64,000 bases of DNA from Neoconidiobolus thromboides FSU 785 (taxonomy: Eukaryota; Fungi; Entomophthoromycota). The notes beneath the pieces were generated by a model. It had not been told where the DNA came from, did not search any database, and saw only the letters and a program-made list of their open reading frames with translations. Made by a program: the position numbers and the translations under genes. Positions 25,463 to 38,897 of this stretch are shown here, one piece after another (position 1 is the stretch's first letter; each line of letters starts with the position of its first letter). Where the stretch lies: the NCBI GenBank assembly GCA_025603075.1, contig MU626319.1:45365-109364 (forward strand), in the 5' to 3' direction.

Positions 25463-28400
25463 TTATTCAATAATAAATTTAAAATCAAAATTAACATTAA
25501 CATCACAATAACCTTGAGGTAATAACATAAGTTTATAATTATAGTCTCCTAATTGATTAGGTGTAATAAATTCTAATTTAGTCGCTACTTCAAATTGTTT
25601 TCTATTATTATTTCCGTTTCCTTTATTATTATTATAGTTAATTGTTATCATTGTTACTTTTTTATTCGCAATAACTTGATTCTTATTTTCATCTACTAAT
25701 AAAACATACCAATTTTTATTTATGTTATTAATATTAATATTATTATTTATAATAACATTGAATATAATCTCTAACATTATTGTTTGATTAATGGAGTATT
25801 TATTACCTTGTAATACAATCTTATTATTCATTTGAACTATTGGATATTCTATCAATTGATTTTCAATTTGTTCTACTTTTTGTTTGTTGATTTTTAATTG
25901 ATTTAATAATATATTCTTTCTCTCTTTTAGATATAACAAATCCTTTAATTCATTCACTGGAGTTTCCAATTTACTCAATTTATTTAATAGTTCATTCCCT
26001 TTTAATTGCTTGATTCTATCTAATGAATTCATTTGTGGCCATTGAGCTTCATTAATCCCTTGAATCAATTGAATTGTAATTAATACTGCTTTAAGATTAT
26101 TAGAATTCAAACATAATTCTAATGTAGCTTCTAAAATATTTAATGTTTTTAAAATTATTTGTTTTAATTCCATTTGAACTTCAACATCAGGTAGATCTCT
26201 ATTAGTCATATGAATCTGTAATAAATTCAATACTTTATAATAAGCTTGAGAGGAATCCTTATTTAATAAACTTAATGGTAATTGATTTTTAATTTCTTCA
26301 TAATACTTTTCTTCATTAAATTTAATTTCATAATTATTAAATTCTTTGACTGAACATATTGTTGTAAATAATAATTCAAAATTCATTTTTTTTAATATAT
26401 TAAAAATATTATTCATTGTTTGACAAGATATTGAATAAATTGAAGCTATTTTTCCTAATTTACTTGAAACTAATGAATCATCTTTACTTTTATCTAAACA
26501 TTTTAAGTAAATTAATTCATCTACTGTTTTATTAATTAGTTGTAATAAATATTCTTCAATAGTCTTAGTATCCTTATCTTTAATCCCATAATAAGCTGGA
26601 TTTTCTATTACTCTTTGATAGAGAAAAGTATTCTTTAAATATTCCATTGCTTGTTTCTTATTTTTGATAATTTTACTAGCAATTTCCCCATTAAATAGAT
26701 CAATCAATTGTTTATTTAATATAGATTCAATTGGAAAAGGTTCATTTAAAAACTTTCTATAAAATTCAACTTTTCGATTATAAACAAATATAGATGTTTT
26801 AGCTGAATAATCTATATTATTTCTACCTGCTTTACTCATCATTTTTAATATTGTAGAAATTGAATGATCTTTATATCCCCTTAAATTAGTATTAAAATAT
26901 TCGGTACCTTTAATGATCACTAATTTAGTACCAAATTGCATTTGATCTGTCATTTGATAAGTTGAGATTAACACTTTAATTATATTATTATTAAATAATT
27001 CTTCAACTAATTTTAAATCTTTTTTAGTTAATCCAGTATGATACAAACCAATTCCAAAACTTAAAGTTAACTTCAAACTTTTATCTGAAATTTGATTGGT
27101 TAATAAATCAAATTCAATTTCACTTAGATTTAAAAATTGTCTCGGATTTTCTTCTAATCCACAAAACGCAATTAAATCTTTAGCTGTTAATAATCCTTGT
27201 TTTCTTGAAGATACAAATACAATTGTTGATTGTTCTTTTGAATAAACTTGGATTTCCTTATAAATAGGTCGATTCATACTTGCCATTCTAGATAAATATT
27301 GATTACCTGGAAATCCAGTTATATTTAATTCTAGCGGAATTGGTCTTACTGAAGGTCGGAAGTTAAAGAAATTGTTATTTTTTATATTCAACCATTTTAA
27401 AAAATCAATTGAATTAGATAATGGAGAAGATAAGCCAATTATTCGAATATTCTGTTGAGTTTGTTGATTTTGATATTTTATACGTGATATAATAATTTCA
27501 ATTAAATGTCCATTTAATTGATCTAATAAATGTAATTGATCTAATAAAATTAAATTAATTTGTTGAAATCCTTTTAATTTATATTTATCTTTAATTAAAT
27601 TATTATAGTCTTCAGGTGTTGTTAATATAATATCGTTAAAATTAACTGCTTTAAAATCATGAATTAATGACCCAGTTAATTCGATTACTTTTTTATTTAA
27701 TAAATTGTTAAATAAATTATTAAATTGCTGTTTTCTTTGACTTAAAAATTGTTTATTTGAATTAATATATACTATTTTACTATTTGGGTTTTGTTGAAAT
27801 GAATTGAAAATAGCTAATTCCATTAATATGTTTTCCCCTGAATTAATTGGTGTAGCTAAAAATACATTATCTAAATCTTTATAAAAGGAATAAAAACAAT
27901 GTGTCTGTATTGGATTAAAATAATTGAATTGTAATGAATAATATTCTTCTAATATAGGATTGTTTAATGCACTTATTGATAATAATTGAGTGTCTAATAA
28001 ATTAGTGTAAATACTAGATAATTGAGGTAATATTAAATTATTTAATGAAACTTCAATTAACGTTTCTGAACCTAACCATCGATCAGATATTGCTCTTACA
28101 TAAATTTTATCTGGTAATGGATCTAATGCTGGTATATTAACTTCTAATATTATGGGATCATTGATTGTTATTTTTTTTAATAATATCTTTTCACTGAAAT
28201 ATAATTCCAATTGACTTTGATCTTCAATCCAAATCCAATAAGCTTCTGTATTACCATGAATTCTATCATTCCATTTAAAATCAGCTTGAATTTGAATTGT
28301 TATCTTTAATACTGTTTTGATTAATGGTTGTACAATCACATTTAAATTAACTAATGGAAATTCATTAATATGTTTATATAATGTGGGTCCTAATCTTTCA

Positions 28401-31400
28401 AAGTTGATTAATTCTCCAATTTGTTTAGCATCTAGTTTACGTAATTCATTAATACTTAATTCCTCTGTTGATTGTTCTAATTTCATTCTTACTGCTTCTG
28501 ATAATTGAAATTGAGCTAATGGATGTTCGAATGACCACATTTGATGTTCAATAGATTTACATAATGATAATAATATATAAGCTGTATTACCCCAATTTCT
28601 ATTTAACGCTACTTCAAAAGTAGAACGAAAAATTCGTGCTGCATTTTGAGATACATAATATAAATCTGAAATCAATGCAAAATCTTCTGGATAACCTTTA
28701 GAAATATAAGTTTGCATTAATAAATTCACTTTATCTGCTGAATTATTAATTCCATTTTTTAAGGGACAAGCAGCCATTTCATACATTAATTTATTTAATT
28801 CATTTGTCTCGTTTTCTCGTACTTTAATATTTTCAAATTCCTTACTACAAGCTACCATTTCAAAACAATCTAATTCTCCCATACGTAATTTCATTTTAGA
28901 ACATAAAATATCCATTGAATTAAAACTAACATAAAATAAGGAAGATATGCGTCCTAAATCTCTTGGTGACATAAATCCTGTTTCAACATCAAAATAAATC
29001 ATATTATTTTGTTGTAATGATTTAGCAGCAGCCACAATCAAACTATGTCTTTTTTTACCTAAATATGGGTCATTAAATGCCTCTTGATAAGTAATGCCAT
29101 AAATCATTGGATTTCTTTGCATACGAATATATAAAAAAGTATAACTTAACCAAGTCACTGCTTCATCAATATTAGCTACAGTACCTAAACATATTTCAGC
29201 ACATAAATTATCAATAATATTATTAATAAAATTCGATTCAATTGGATGTTGTTGAGTAATAGCCGATACAAAATGAGATAATTTATCACCAGTTGTTAAG
29301 ATATAACCAACCCCTTGATCCTCATATTGTGGTCGACCTGCACGACCAAAAATTTGTAATACATCTAAAATGGATAAATCTACAAACGAACCTTTTTGGG
29401 CATCGTAAACTTGAGTACCACGAATGACAACTGCATAAGCTGGTAAATTAACACCCCAAGCTAAAGTAGCTGTACAACATAACAGTTTTAGGGCACCATC
29501 TGCAAACATTTTTTCAGTTAATAATCTATCACTTCTTAACATACCAGCATGATGAGCTCCAACTCCATTTTTGAATAATTCTTTTAATTGATTATTACGG
29601 GATTTAGATACTTCTCTTGAGTAATTTGAATGAACTTCTAAATCTTCTTCCTTAATTGAGAATAAATCTGGAACTCCATTTTCAGCTGCCATTTGAATCA
29701 AAGTTTTAGCTACTCTTACTGTTTCTTTTCTAGTATGAACAAAGACCATAACTTGATGTCCTTCACTTAATAAAGCTTCTACTTTTTCAAAACAAGCTCG
29801 ATCTAAATTTAAATTAGAAATTGGAGTTCCAGGTTTCCCTCTGACACCTAGGAAATGTTGTTCAAGTGGAACAGGACGAAAACCCCCATCAAAAAAGAAT
29901 AAACCTTTATATGGATTTACTTTTAAAAATTTAGATACATCCACATAATTTGGTAATGTAGCTGACAACCCAACAATTCTTATCATAGATTGAGTTGATT
30001 CCACTTGTCTCAATGTACGTGCTACTATACTTTCAATAACCGAACCACGATCATCATGTAATAAATGAACTTCATCAATAACTAATAGTTTTAATTTTTG
30101 AACCAATTCTAAATCTCCAGTCCCTTTTCTCGTAACAACATCCCATTTTTCAGGTGTAGTAACAATAATTTGGGTTTTTAATATTTCATCTTTAGTCAAT
30201 TGCATATCTCCAGTTAATTCTCTTACTTGAATACCTAACCATTTGAGTCTCGTTCCCATTTTAGTTACTATTTCAGTTGCTAATGCTTTCATTGGAGCTA
30301 CATAAACTATTTTAAATGCTGATTTATTAATCTTTAATTGATTCAAATTATCTTTTGTTGGCGTTGGGGTACAATGTGCATATAAGGTACGTAAAATTGT
30401 TAACATAGCTACATCTGTTTTACCAGCACCCGTTGGGGCACATAATAGCATATTTTCATTAGTTTTATAAGCAATTGGATAAACAATAGATTGGACTCGA
30501 TTTAACGAAGTGTATTTCTAAAATCAAACTTAAACAAATTAAAAATATATATTAATATTTAACTTACTTTAAATGTTTCCTTACATAAAGAATCCATGTC
30601 TTCTAAATAAATTGTTTTTTCGCTGGTTCTTGTAGGTGCTCTAGGTTTAATTGGTATTGTAATTTCATCATAATATTCACCAGAAACACGAATAGTACCC
30701 ACCGGTAGATGATATTTGGTACCATAAATAGATAGTGAGTTTTGGCTTGAATTACCTTCTTTAAATACATTTGGATACGATTCTTCTTTTTCCTTTTTTT
30801 TAAAATCATTGATAAATTATTAACGTATTTAACAATTACAAAACTTACTTGTTCAAACCCATCATAATTATTACCTTTACAACTAGGTCCTTTTCTTAAT
30901 GCTTCTTCTCTTAACCTTTTTAATTCACTAGGATTTAAACTTACTTCTTTATCATCCAATTTTCCAATGGTATTTTTATTACTCTTTTTAACTTCTTTGC
31001 GATATTGTTTCATTTGATTTTTTTCTGATTCAAACATAACAGTGACTTGGTTTCCGTACATTGCTTTTGTGTTTTTATTTAATTCCTTCATACGACGGTT
31101 ATGAAACTCTTCTTCTTCTGTAGGTTTATTAAGCTAATATAAAAATTTACTAAAATAAACATTAATTTTTATACATTGATTGTTTTACCTCTTTCCCAAT
31201 CGCCTGTCTTAATTCTTTTTGATAACTAATCAGTTCAGTAAGAAACTCAAAACTATCATAACCAACAAGGTCTAATAACTCATTTTGTATTTCAGCACTA
31301 TCCTTGTTACTGAGTATTATTTTGACAATAGAATCAAATAAATTATCGGAATTTAAGCCAGTATTAATGGCAATTTTATCAGTTTCCTTTAGTAACCATT

Positions 31401-31692
31401 CAATGTCATGGGCTGAATTGTCATCCTCTTGTTGTTGATAATTTTGAGTTGGATAATAAGTATCCAATGAATACTCTTGAGTATCATGAACGATGTCTTC
31501 ATCTATATTCATTTCTAAATCGCAACCATAGTATTGTTCTGGAAAAGCCTCCTGTTGAATATCATCTTGAAATAAGTTCAAGTTTAAAAAATCTTGCTTT
31601 TGTTGATCTATGAAAGATTGATAGGAACGACTATCTGGAAAACCAGGTTCCACTTGTAAACAACGGAGTAGATTCGAGATCTTTGGTCGCAT
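25463..31692 (-). CDS. SLH1: Ski2-like tandem helicase Slh1/Rqt2 (ASCC3 family) with Sec63 domains
   Basis: APTGAGKT, DEVH, GLSAT and FVDLSILDVLQIFGRAGRPQ (ASCC3/Slh1-type rather than Brr2), two helicase-Sec63 cassettes and an N-terminal LQNELLDLVGYD region. Confidence 0.9.
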
Positions 31693-32226
31693 TTTGTATA
31701 AAAACCTGTTTTTTATTGTTTATTTTAAAAATGTTGAAGGTGAGAAATATCTTTTATACTAAGATTTTTTTATACGTAGTTTTTTTGAACTGCAAAGTTT
31801 AGTGAACTTTTTTATTTGAATAAGTGCTCAGTTGATAATGCTGCGAACATAATAAAAAGGTTATTTATAGATTTTTATGCTTTAATAGAAATTGACTAAT
31901 ATTATAACAATGATAATAATTTATGTATTTAAATTCATTATTGCATACTAAATATTAAAACAGTATATTTTATGATAAGATTAATAACAAAAAAAAATTC
32001 AAAATTAATGTACTACTTTTACTAAACTAACTTCTTTATGTTACCCAACTCTCTGCAAAATAAATCACTTGAATAAATATAACTATCGTATATTCTGTTA
32101 ATCTTAAGTAACCTAAACCACGATTACAATCGCATACAAATTTAAAAAAGCTAAAAAAAACCTCGAAATTACTATTTATAATTATTTCATAAAACTTTTA
32201 ATTTAAAATCTGTATCTATCCCATTT

Positions 32227-34102
32227 CTATTCCTCTATCATAAACTTATTATACTCCATTTGATTTTCCCCAGTAAACTTCCATTCATCAAATGGTGAGC
32301 ATTTAAAAAATTTAGTCCTTCTTTTTTCATAAATCGATTTTAATCCTTGCTTATTTTCAATATCACGTTTAATCTCTGCATACGATTTTTTTCTTTCACT
32401 TTCATAATTAGCTTTAGTTATATAATATCCAGTTTCATTATTTTTAGAGTTTACTAAAATCTCTAAAAACAATAATTAGGAACATACTTTAACAATTCTA
32501 GATTTGAATTATTGTTACCTTTATTTTCATTAAATTTTACCTTCTGCAATGCCTTCAAATTCTGCAAATACTTATCAAAAAAGATAGCTTTACATAGATT
32601 AGATCTATACAAAAAATTAAATTAAATCAAAATTATATATTTTATTTAATCGTGTTTTATCTTAGCTAACCTAGTTTTTAATGAATATTTACCACTCTTT
32701 TTATTGATAGCTGCACCTTGTTTCCTTCCATTAACTAATATTTCTACCATCCTTTCACTATTAGCTTTATTATTCAAATCGGCTGTTCTATTTTCTACCC
32801 AACTCAATGCCACCTCACTTGGCTTTATAATTATATCATCTCCATTTTTATTCAATAAATAATATTTACCAAACTTAAAATTAAAGGATGTGTGTAAAAT
32901 TTTTGGAACGTTATAATTGATGTAATTATCATCTATTAATTGATATTGTTCAGTAAAAAAACATGGTAAAATAAAACTAAAATACCTTACCTTTAATACC
33001 TTCAATTCTATCAATCAAGGCCCGCTTTAAACTAACGGGATTAAATAATTCGCCTACTACTATAGTAATTGGAAAAATAGGCAATACAAAATCTGATAAC
33101 AAACTGCCTTGATAGCCCAATGTATTCCATTTGGCTATTTTATCACTTTTAAATAAAGAATTAATAAAATTATAAATACAAGTTAAAATTACCTGCATGA
33201 CATACAAGAAGTGGGCTCAGAATCCATTCGACCTAAATAATACAATTAAGTTTAACTTGTAACTTCAATTATATTATCTAAATATAGATTAAATGCAACA
33301 GTCTAAAGCAAATGAAGTTCATATAGATAAGTAAAACTACCTGGCTTTGTTCTAATAGCCCCAAGGCGATCAAAGTTATTTCTACCACGAATTAGATTAC
33401 TTTGATTATCAATCTTTTGTTTTTTTACTGGCTTATCTATCACTTTATCCAATGTCTTTTTATCCAACTCTTCCATAGAACCATCACCACCTAGAATAAT
33501 ATTAATTCGAGTCATCATACTTAAAATGTGATAATCTTTACATGGTGCTTGACTGATATAAAAATGTAACCTTACATCTTCTTTAAATTTCAATTTGATC
33601 TCTTCATCAACTATACATTTATCGAAAAATTCTGATTCTTCTAAAAAACTTGGTTCTAATTGATCCCATAAAAACCTAGATTTTAATCCAAAACCTTTTA
33701 AATAAAAACTTAACGCTTACTTCATCAACCCTCTTTTAGCTAAAACTTCAGCATGGCTATCGTTTAAACAAGTGCCATCAAATACAATTTTACTTTCTGA
33801 TAAACATTTAACTCCAGTTCTGTTATATCTATTAAATTAATTTCATTGTTATAAAAATAAATTTTTACCCTAAAGAAACACATTCAAACCTCGATTCATC
33901 ACCTTTTAAAATTAGTCTTGAATTTCAAAAATTCTTTCTCTTTTTTACCTTCTAATTTTTCTAATGCAAAACCAGCTAATATTGTAAATTCTTGATGAGT
34001 TTTGCTTTTTTTAGGTTTACCGTTCCCAGCTAATGAATTGTATTTCTCGATACAACATTGTGCTATCTTATCTGCTAACTGGATATTGTCGCAATCTTTC
34101 AT
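32227..34102 (-). CDS. TAD1: tRNA-specific adenosine deaminase 1 (Tad1/ADAT1)
   Basis: TGVKCL, NDSHAEVLAKRG, FYISQAP(C)GDGS, GAIRTKPGR and MSCSDKIAKWNTLGYQGSLL; no dsRNA-binding domains. Confidence 0.88.
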
Positions 34103-34649
34103 TTTTAATGAAAGTTTAGTTTTATGATTGAAAAAAGTAGATGAATTGAAAATTGATGTGGTTTTTGTGACGATTTTTAAATTCTTTTCAAAACCTTGGA
34201 GAGAAATATCTCAAATGCTTTTATTATTAAAGGCAAAGACAGTCAGACAATAACCTGAATAATAAATGGATATTGGCGAGAGGAAGGTATAAAGATGAAG
34301 GGTGAGAAATTAAATCATTGATAGGTTTAGTTTTTAATTAAAGTTAATTATATGAAAACATCTTTATTTCACTATTTAAAAAATATTTTTTTACATTTTA
34401 TTACATAAAAAGTGGACAAAGTACTAAACCAAATTCCCTTTTCAAGGTTTTTTCAAACTTCAAGTGATGAAAAAAAATGCTCAAATGCTTATTAGAAGAT
34501 GAAAATAAATGGAAAATTTATAATATAAACGATATTAAGTGATCCCAAGTAGTGGGCAAAATAATGATTGAATCGGATAGGGTTAAAACGGTCACCGATC
34601 CATCCTTGTTTAATTTCAAATTGCATAAATTAAGCTGGAAAGAATATAT

Positions 34650-34749
34650 GGGGATGTATTTTTATGTTTAAGAATTTTGCTAACAAATTTTCCCACTCAA
34701 ATAGCGCTTAAAAAATGGAAAAAACAATGAAGTCAAAAAAAACACTCCC
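34650..34749 (+). mobile_element. MITE family 1, copy H
   Basis: Near-consensus copy; ATAT flanks. Confidence 0.88.
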
Positions 34750-35329
34750 ATATTCAGGTTTATGAATCTATATTCAACTGTGCTCTAAATTAAGAGCAAC
34801 TTTGTCAATAATTACAGTCATTTTAGATGACAGCTATGGAAGAGAACGGCCACTTGAGACTTCTCGAATAGAACTTTTAATGGTGTTAAAATAAGATAAA
34901 AGATATAGTAAAGCTTGTAATAGCTACAATAAAAGCTAAATTTTATGATCTTGTACTGGAAATTTTGTTTTTATAGTAAAATAATAATGTTAAGATAAAG
35001 TTAAAATTATTACATAAAGTTTAAAAATTCAATAGCATAATAATTTAATATATCAGTAAAATTTGAGTATAAATATTTTTTAACTGTAGTATAACTATTT
35101 TGATAACTTCAGTCTGGATGAAATTTCAAATTTTAGGTTTTAAATAAGTCTAACTATAAATATGTACTATTAGTACGTAAATCAATAAAGCGTATAATTG
35201 AACACCTGATAGACTTTCATTAGGTTGCAAACTTTATTGTTAAAGCTTTTCTTTTCTCAGATAAAATCTCCTTGAGAATAAGTATATAAGTGTCCAAGTA
35301 ATAATTCTCTTGTGTTGATTTTATCAATC

Positions 35330-37700
35330 AGAGCTATCACCGCATCATTTTTGATATCTTGTTGGTTTTCTCTTCTTTTACTAGAAATAATATGACTATG
35401 AATCATAATAATTTAAAGTACCATTTATGTAGCATTGGTTTTTGTTGTAATAGCAAACTGTTGGATTAATCCGATACACCCTTTTCTTTCCATATACGGA
35501 TAAAGAGGAAGTGCTGGACCTGGAGTGAGTACATTTGGATTCAAAAGGATTATCATAAATAGACTTCACAATTATATTAGATATTTGTTGTATAGCTCCC
35601 AATTAAATTTTGAATCAATAAGTACAGCTCCCAAAAGTGATGCCAATGCAGAGTTCAACAGCTGTAACGATACATCACTATCTCTAGATCTATCTATTGT
35701 AATGTTATCCTTAAAAATAGTAAAGTTATGGAGACCCGAAGTCACCATTATTGATAATGAAACACCATCGTTTTTCACTAAGTGTCCTCTAATTTCAGTA
35801 AGACCACCAGATTGTTGAATTGGAAAATCATGAAAGATACACGATAACACAGAACAGTATAATACCTTACCACCTGAATATTCAAGCTGTTTTTGAGATA
35901 GAACAAATATTGTATTGTCAATACACTCAAAAGCTTCAATTAAAAGTACTGGAAGCGTAAATTCATACCCAATTATAGATTGGACATAGCTAACATCAAA
36001 CCTAAGTAGTGTAGTAAGTTTTACAATATCACTTCGAGCAATTATATGCCCTCTTAAAATGCCTTTATTTCCATAATCATTTCATATTATATCCAATGCT
36101 CGAGCACATTTTATTCCTAATTTCTCTTCACTTGATAATAAAGCAGCTTCCAGGATAGCCTCCATAGCATCTGCCAATAGTTTACCACCTATAGAAAATG
36201 CATTCACAGTATTATAATAATGATTTCTGCTTTTAAACCCAAGAGCGCGATAATTTGCAGAGATAAAGCTACAAAGGATAAAATAACTATAATTGTAAAG
36301 CTCTACAAAGTTCATCTAATTTTTTGGTATCATACATTGTTGTATAGCAAAATCCCCTCTGATGGTCATTATGATCTGTAAAGTTCAAAAAGACATGGAC
36401 AGCCGAAATTAAATTTAAAAACCCATCTTCGAAATATTCAAATCTTTCTGCACTTCAAAATGTTAAGGCTTCAAGTAAATGTTCATCAACTATTTCGAGT
36501 AACTATAGTATCACTTTAACCTCTTTCGTCACATACAGGCGATCTAATCTTGACATTAAAGAAGGCAGTAGAATTATCATATTGAATACGGATAAAGCCA
36601 ATGGATAAACTAGTGTAAATTTCCCTAATAAATATAAAGTTCATTTTTTTGTTTTTGTTTCATTGAGCTTAGAAGTAAGATAAGTGGATATAGTGCATAC
36701 ATCCTCCACTTCAAATATTTGTGATTTTAAATTAATAACTTTACAATTTAACATCATTCTATAGTATTGTATAAAAGTTTTATTTCTACTTTTTCTCATA
36801 TTGTTATCTAAATGTACTATTGAGTTTGAATTAAAACCACGCCCAACTTCATCTACTTTTCATTGCTTACAGTTATCTGTTAAATCTTTAACTGTCAACA
36901 TTTAATCTTGGTTAAATTCAAGGTGACTAGGGGACCTACCCCAATTAATTAAATCTTATATATCTCTGCTGATTTTAGTTGATGCAATAAAAGAATGAAT
37001 TTTGTTTCCACCACATTTGAAAGTTTTATTATAAGTCCAAAACTAAATAATGTAAACTTTAAAAGTGCTTCTAATCCAGTCTCAACTAGTCTGATCTTTG
37101 ATTTATACGACCCTTCGATTTTCAAATATACAATGATTCTATTAATATAAAACTTGATTAGATTGAATTTTAGTAATAGTTTTTGAGTTATAATAACAGT
37201 TAGATAGTAGGTTTTTTGTTTCATCTATTACATTCAGACTATCCACATTAACTATATTAAAATAAGGATTATTCCAGCCTTTGTAAGTGTCATCTCAATG
37301 CCTAGGCATTTTTAATTCATATGTTCCAACTATTTTATAATTACTATCTATGTTTTACACTGGTTCATCTTGTCTTTCTGGTCCATAAAATTTTGTTGTA
37401 GCCCAACTTCCATATCTATGCCATATATAATTTATAGCTACTGTTAATGTATTTGATTTTATTGAGTCCGAATCGTCATCTGAAATTTATATTATACTCA
37501 CTGAATGCGTCGAATCATAGTCTTGTTCGACAAGTTCATCATTTGAAACTTCTATTATGCTTTCTGATTACAATGAACCGTAACTATACTCCACGAATTT
37601 GGCTTCTGAAAAATCCATTATGTCAGCTCAATGGAATAAGTGATACCTTCTTTATGGTTATTTTCGTTGGCTTGAAAGGCATCCACAGATTGATTTTAAC
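35330..37700 (-). pseudogene. Dicer-like pseudogene (connector plus two RNase III domains; no helicase seen); boundaries approximate
   Basis: LPSLMSRLDRLYV..HLLEALTF*SAERFEYFEDGFLNLISAVHVF (RNase IIIa), KLLADAMEAILEAA, then IIGYEF..LLIEAF..QKQLEYSG and LASLLGAVLIDS (RNase IIIb). Many in-frame stops and frameshifts. Confidence 0.8.
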
Positions 37701-37819
37701 CACTAGGGCACTCTTAGAAATTAAAAAAAGGAAAAATAATTTTGATTCAACTACGAAATATAAAAAAAATGAATTTTTTCATTTCATTTCTTTCTGTCCG
37801 TTTTTTATAGCATAAAGAG

Positions 37820-38080
37820 CTTTTAAAATCATAGTTAAATCCTGTACAAAAAATGCCATCATCGTATATTATAAAGCTAAATAAAAAGATAACTATTTTC
37901 ATAGCAAAAAATGTTTTATTAACAGGTTTTATTAAAAATAAAACAGTAAAAAAAATCGAACTTCAGTTTAAAACTAACCGATATTAAGGCTATCAATCCT
38001 TTGGATGATACAAGCGAGTTAGACTCATCATTATTTTATCATGCTAAGTGCATTATGACAAGTCTTACCAGCCCTAGTTT
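37820..38080 (+). repeat. Decayed dispersed repeat, partner of 18471-18730
   Basis: Aligns to the reverse complement of 18471-18730. Confidence 0.75.
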
Positions 38081-38456
38081 TTTAATCAAAGTTAAGTCTG
38101 ACGGATTTAACTTGTCAAACCCAATCCTAGCAAAATAAAAAACTACAAAATAATTAAGTTTAATTAAAAAGCCAGTTAAGCTTCTTTTGGAATTTAAGTT
38201 TCTTTATATTAGTCTAGTAGTTATTTTTAGGTTGAATTTACAGGATTTTTTGTGGTATTCAATTTAATAAATTTCAATAATGTATGTAGCTAGTTTTTTG
38301 TTGCAGGTGTATTCTATTTTAATAATGTAAAACGTACAAGATATAACAAGTTTTTGTTAAATATGTTGATTATTTTTTTGTTTTTTATTTTTTAAATAGT
38401 CATTAGCTTAATAATTGATTTATTAAATTTATGAACTTTTGCTTTTCTTTACTCTA

Positions 38457-38761
38457 TTAGATATTCCCAGAAATAACTTCCTTTTTTGGGCAAAAACAAT
38501 AGCAAGCAAATCTGGCTATAACAGAAAACTTGATTTTATAAATTTTAATAAAGGCTCAATTTTTAATAAATAGCTTTAGCTAGTATTTAAAACATCACAT
38601 TCTATTCAACTAGTAGAAAACTAGTAAAACACTTTTAATTCAAATTTAAATTTTAGTTATAAATATTAAAATTTTTAATCCAGAATTAATTTTTATTTCA
38701 ATTTAGCAATCTTTAGTTAATATTTGCCCAAAAAAACAAAGTTATTTTTGAGAATATTTAA
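38457..38761. mobile_element. Candidate MITE family 3 (~305 bp, ~37-bp imperfect terminal inverted repeats)
   Basis: TTAGATATTCCCAGAAATAACTTCCTTTTTTGGGCAAA versus the reverse complement of the right end TTAAATATTCTCAAAAATAACTTTGTTTTTTTGGGCAAA. Single copy here; TSD unclear. Confidence 0.5.
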
Positions 38762-38897
38762 AATATTTGAAATACTAGTGAACACTGAATATAACAATTA
38801 CATTTATAAAAGTCGTTCCCTACCATCAAATGTCTTATATCATCAAAATATAAAGGGGAATAAATAACAAATAGACCAAATTAATAATTGACAATTT

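Noticed and set aside
25463-31692. Brr2 (U5 snRNP helicase) as the identity of the large helicase
   Set aside because: The motif FVDLSILDVLQIFGRAGRPQ and the N-terminus fit Slh1/ASCC3; the Brr2 N-terminal plug/PWI signature is absent.
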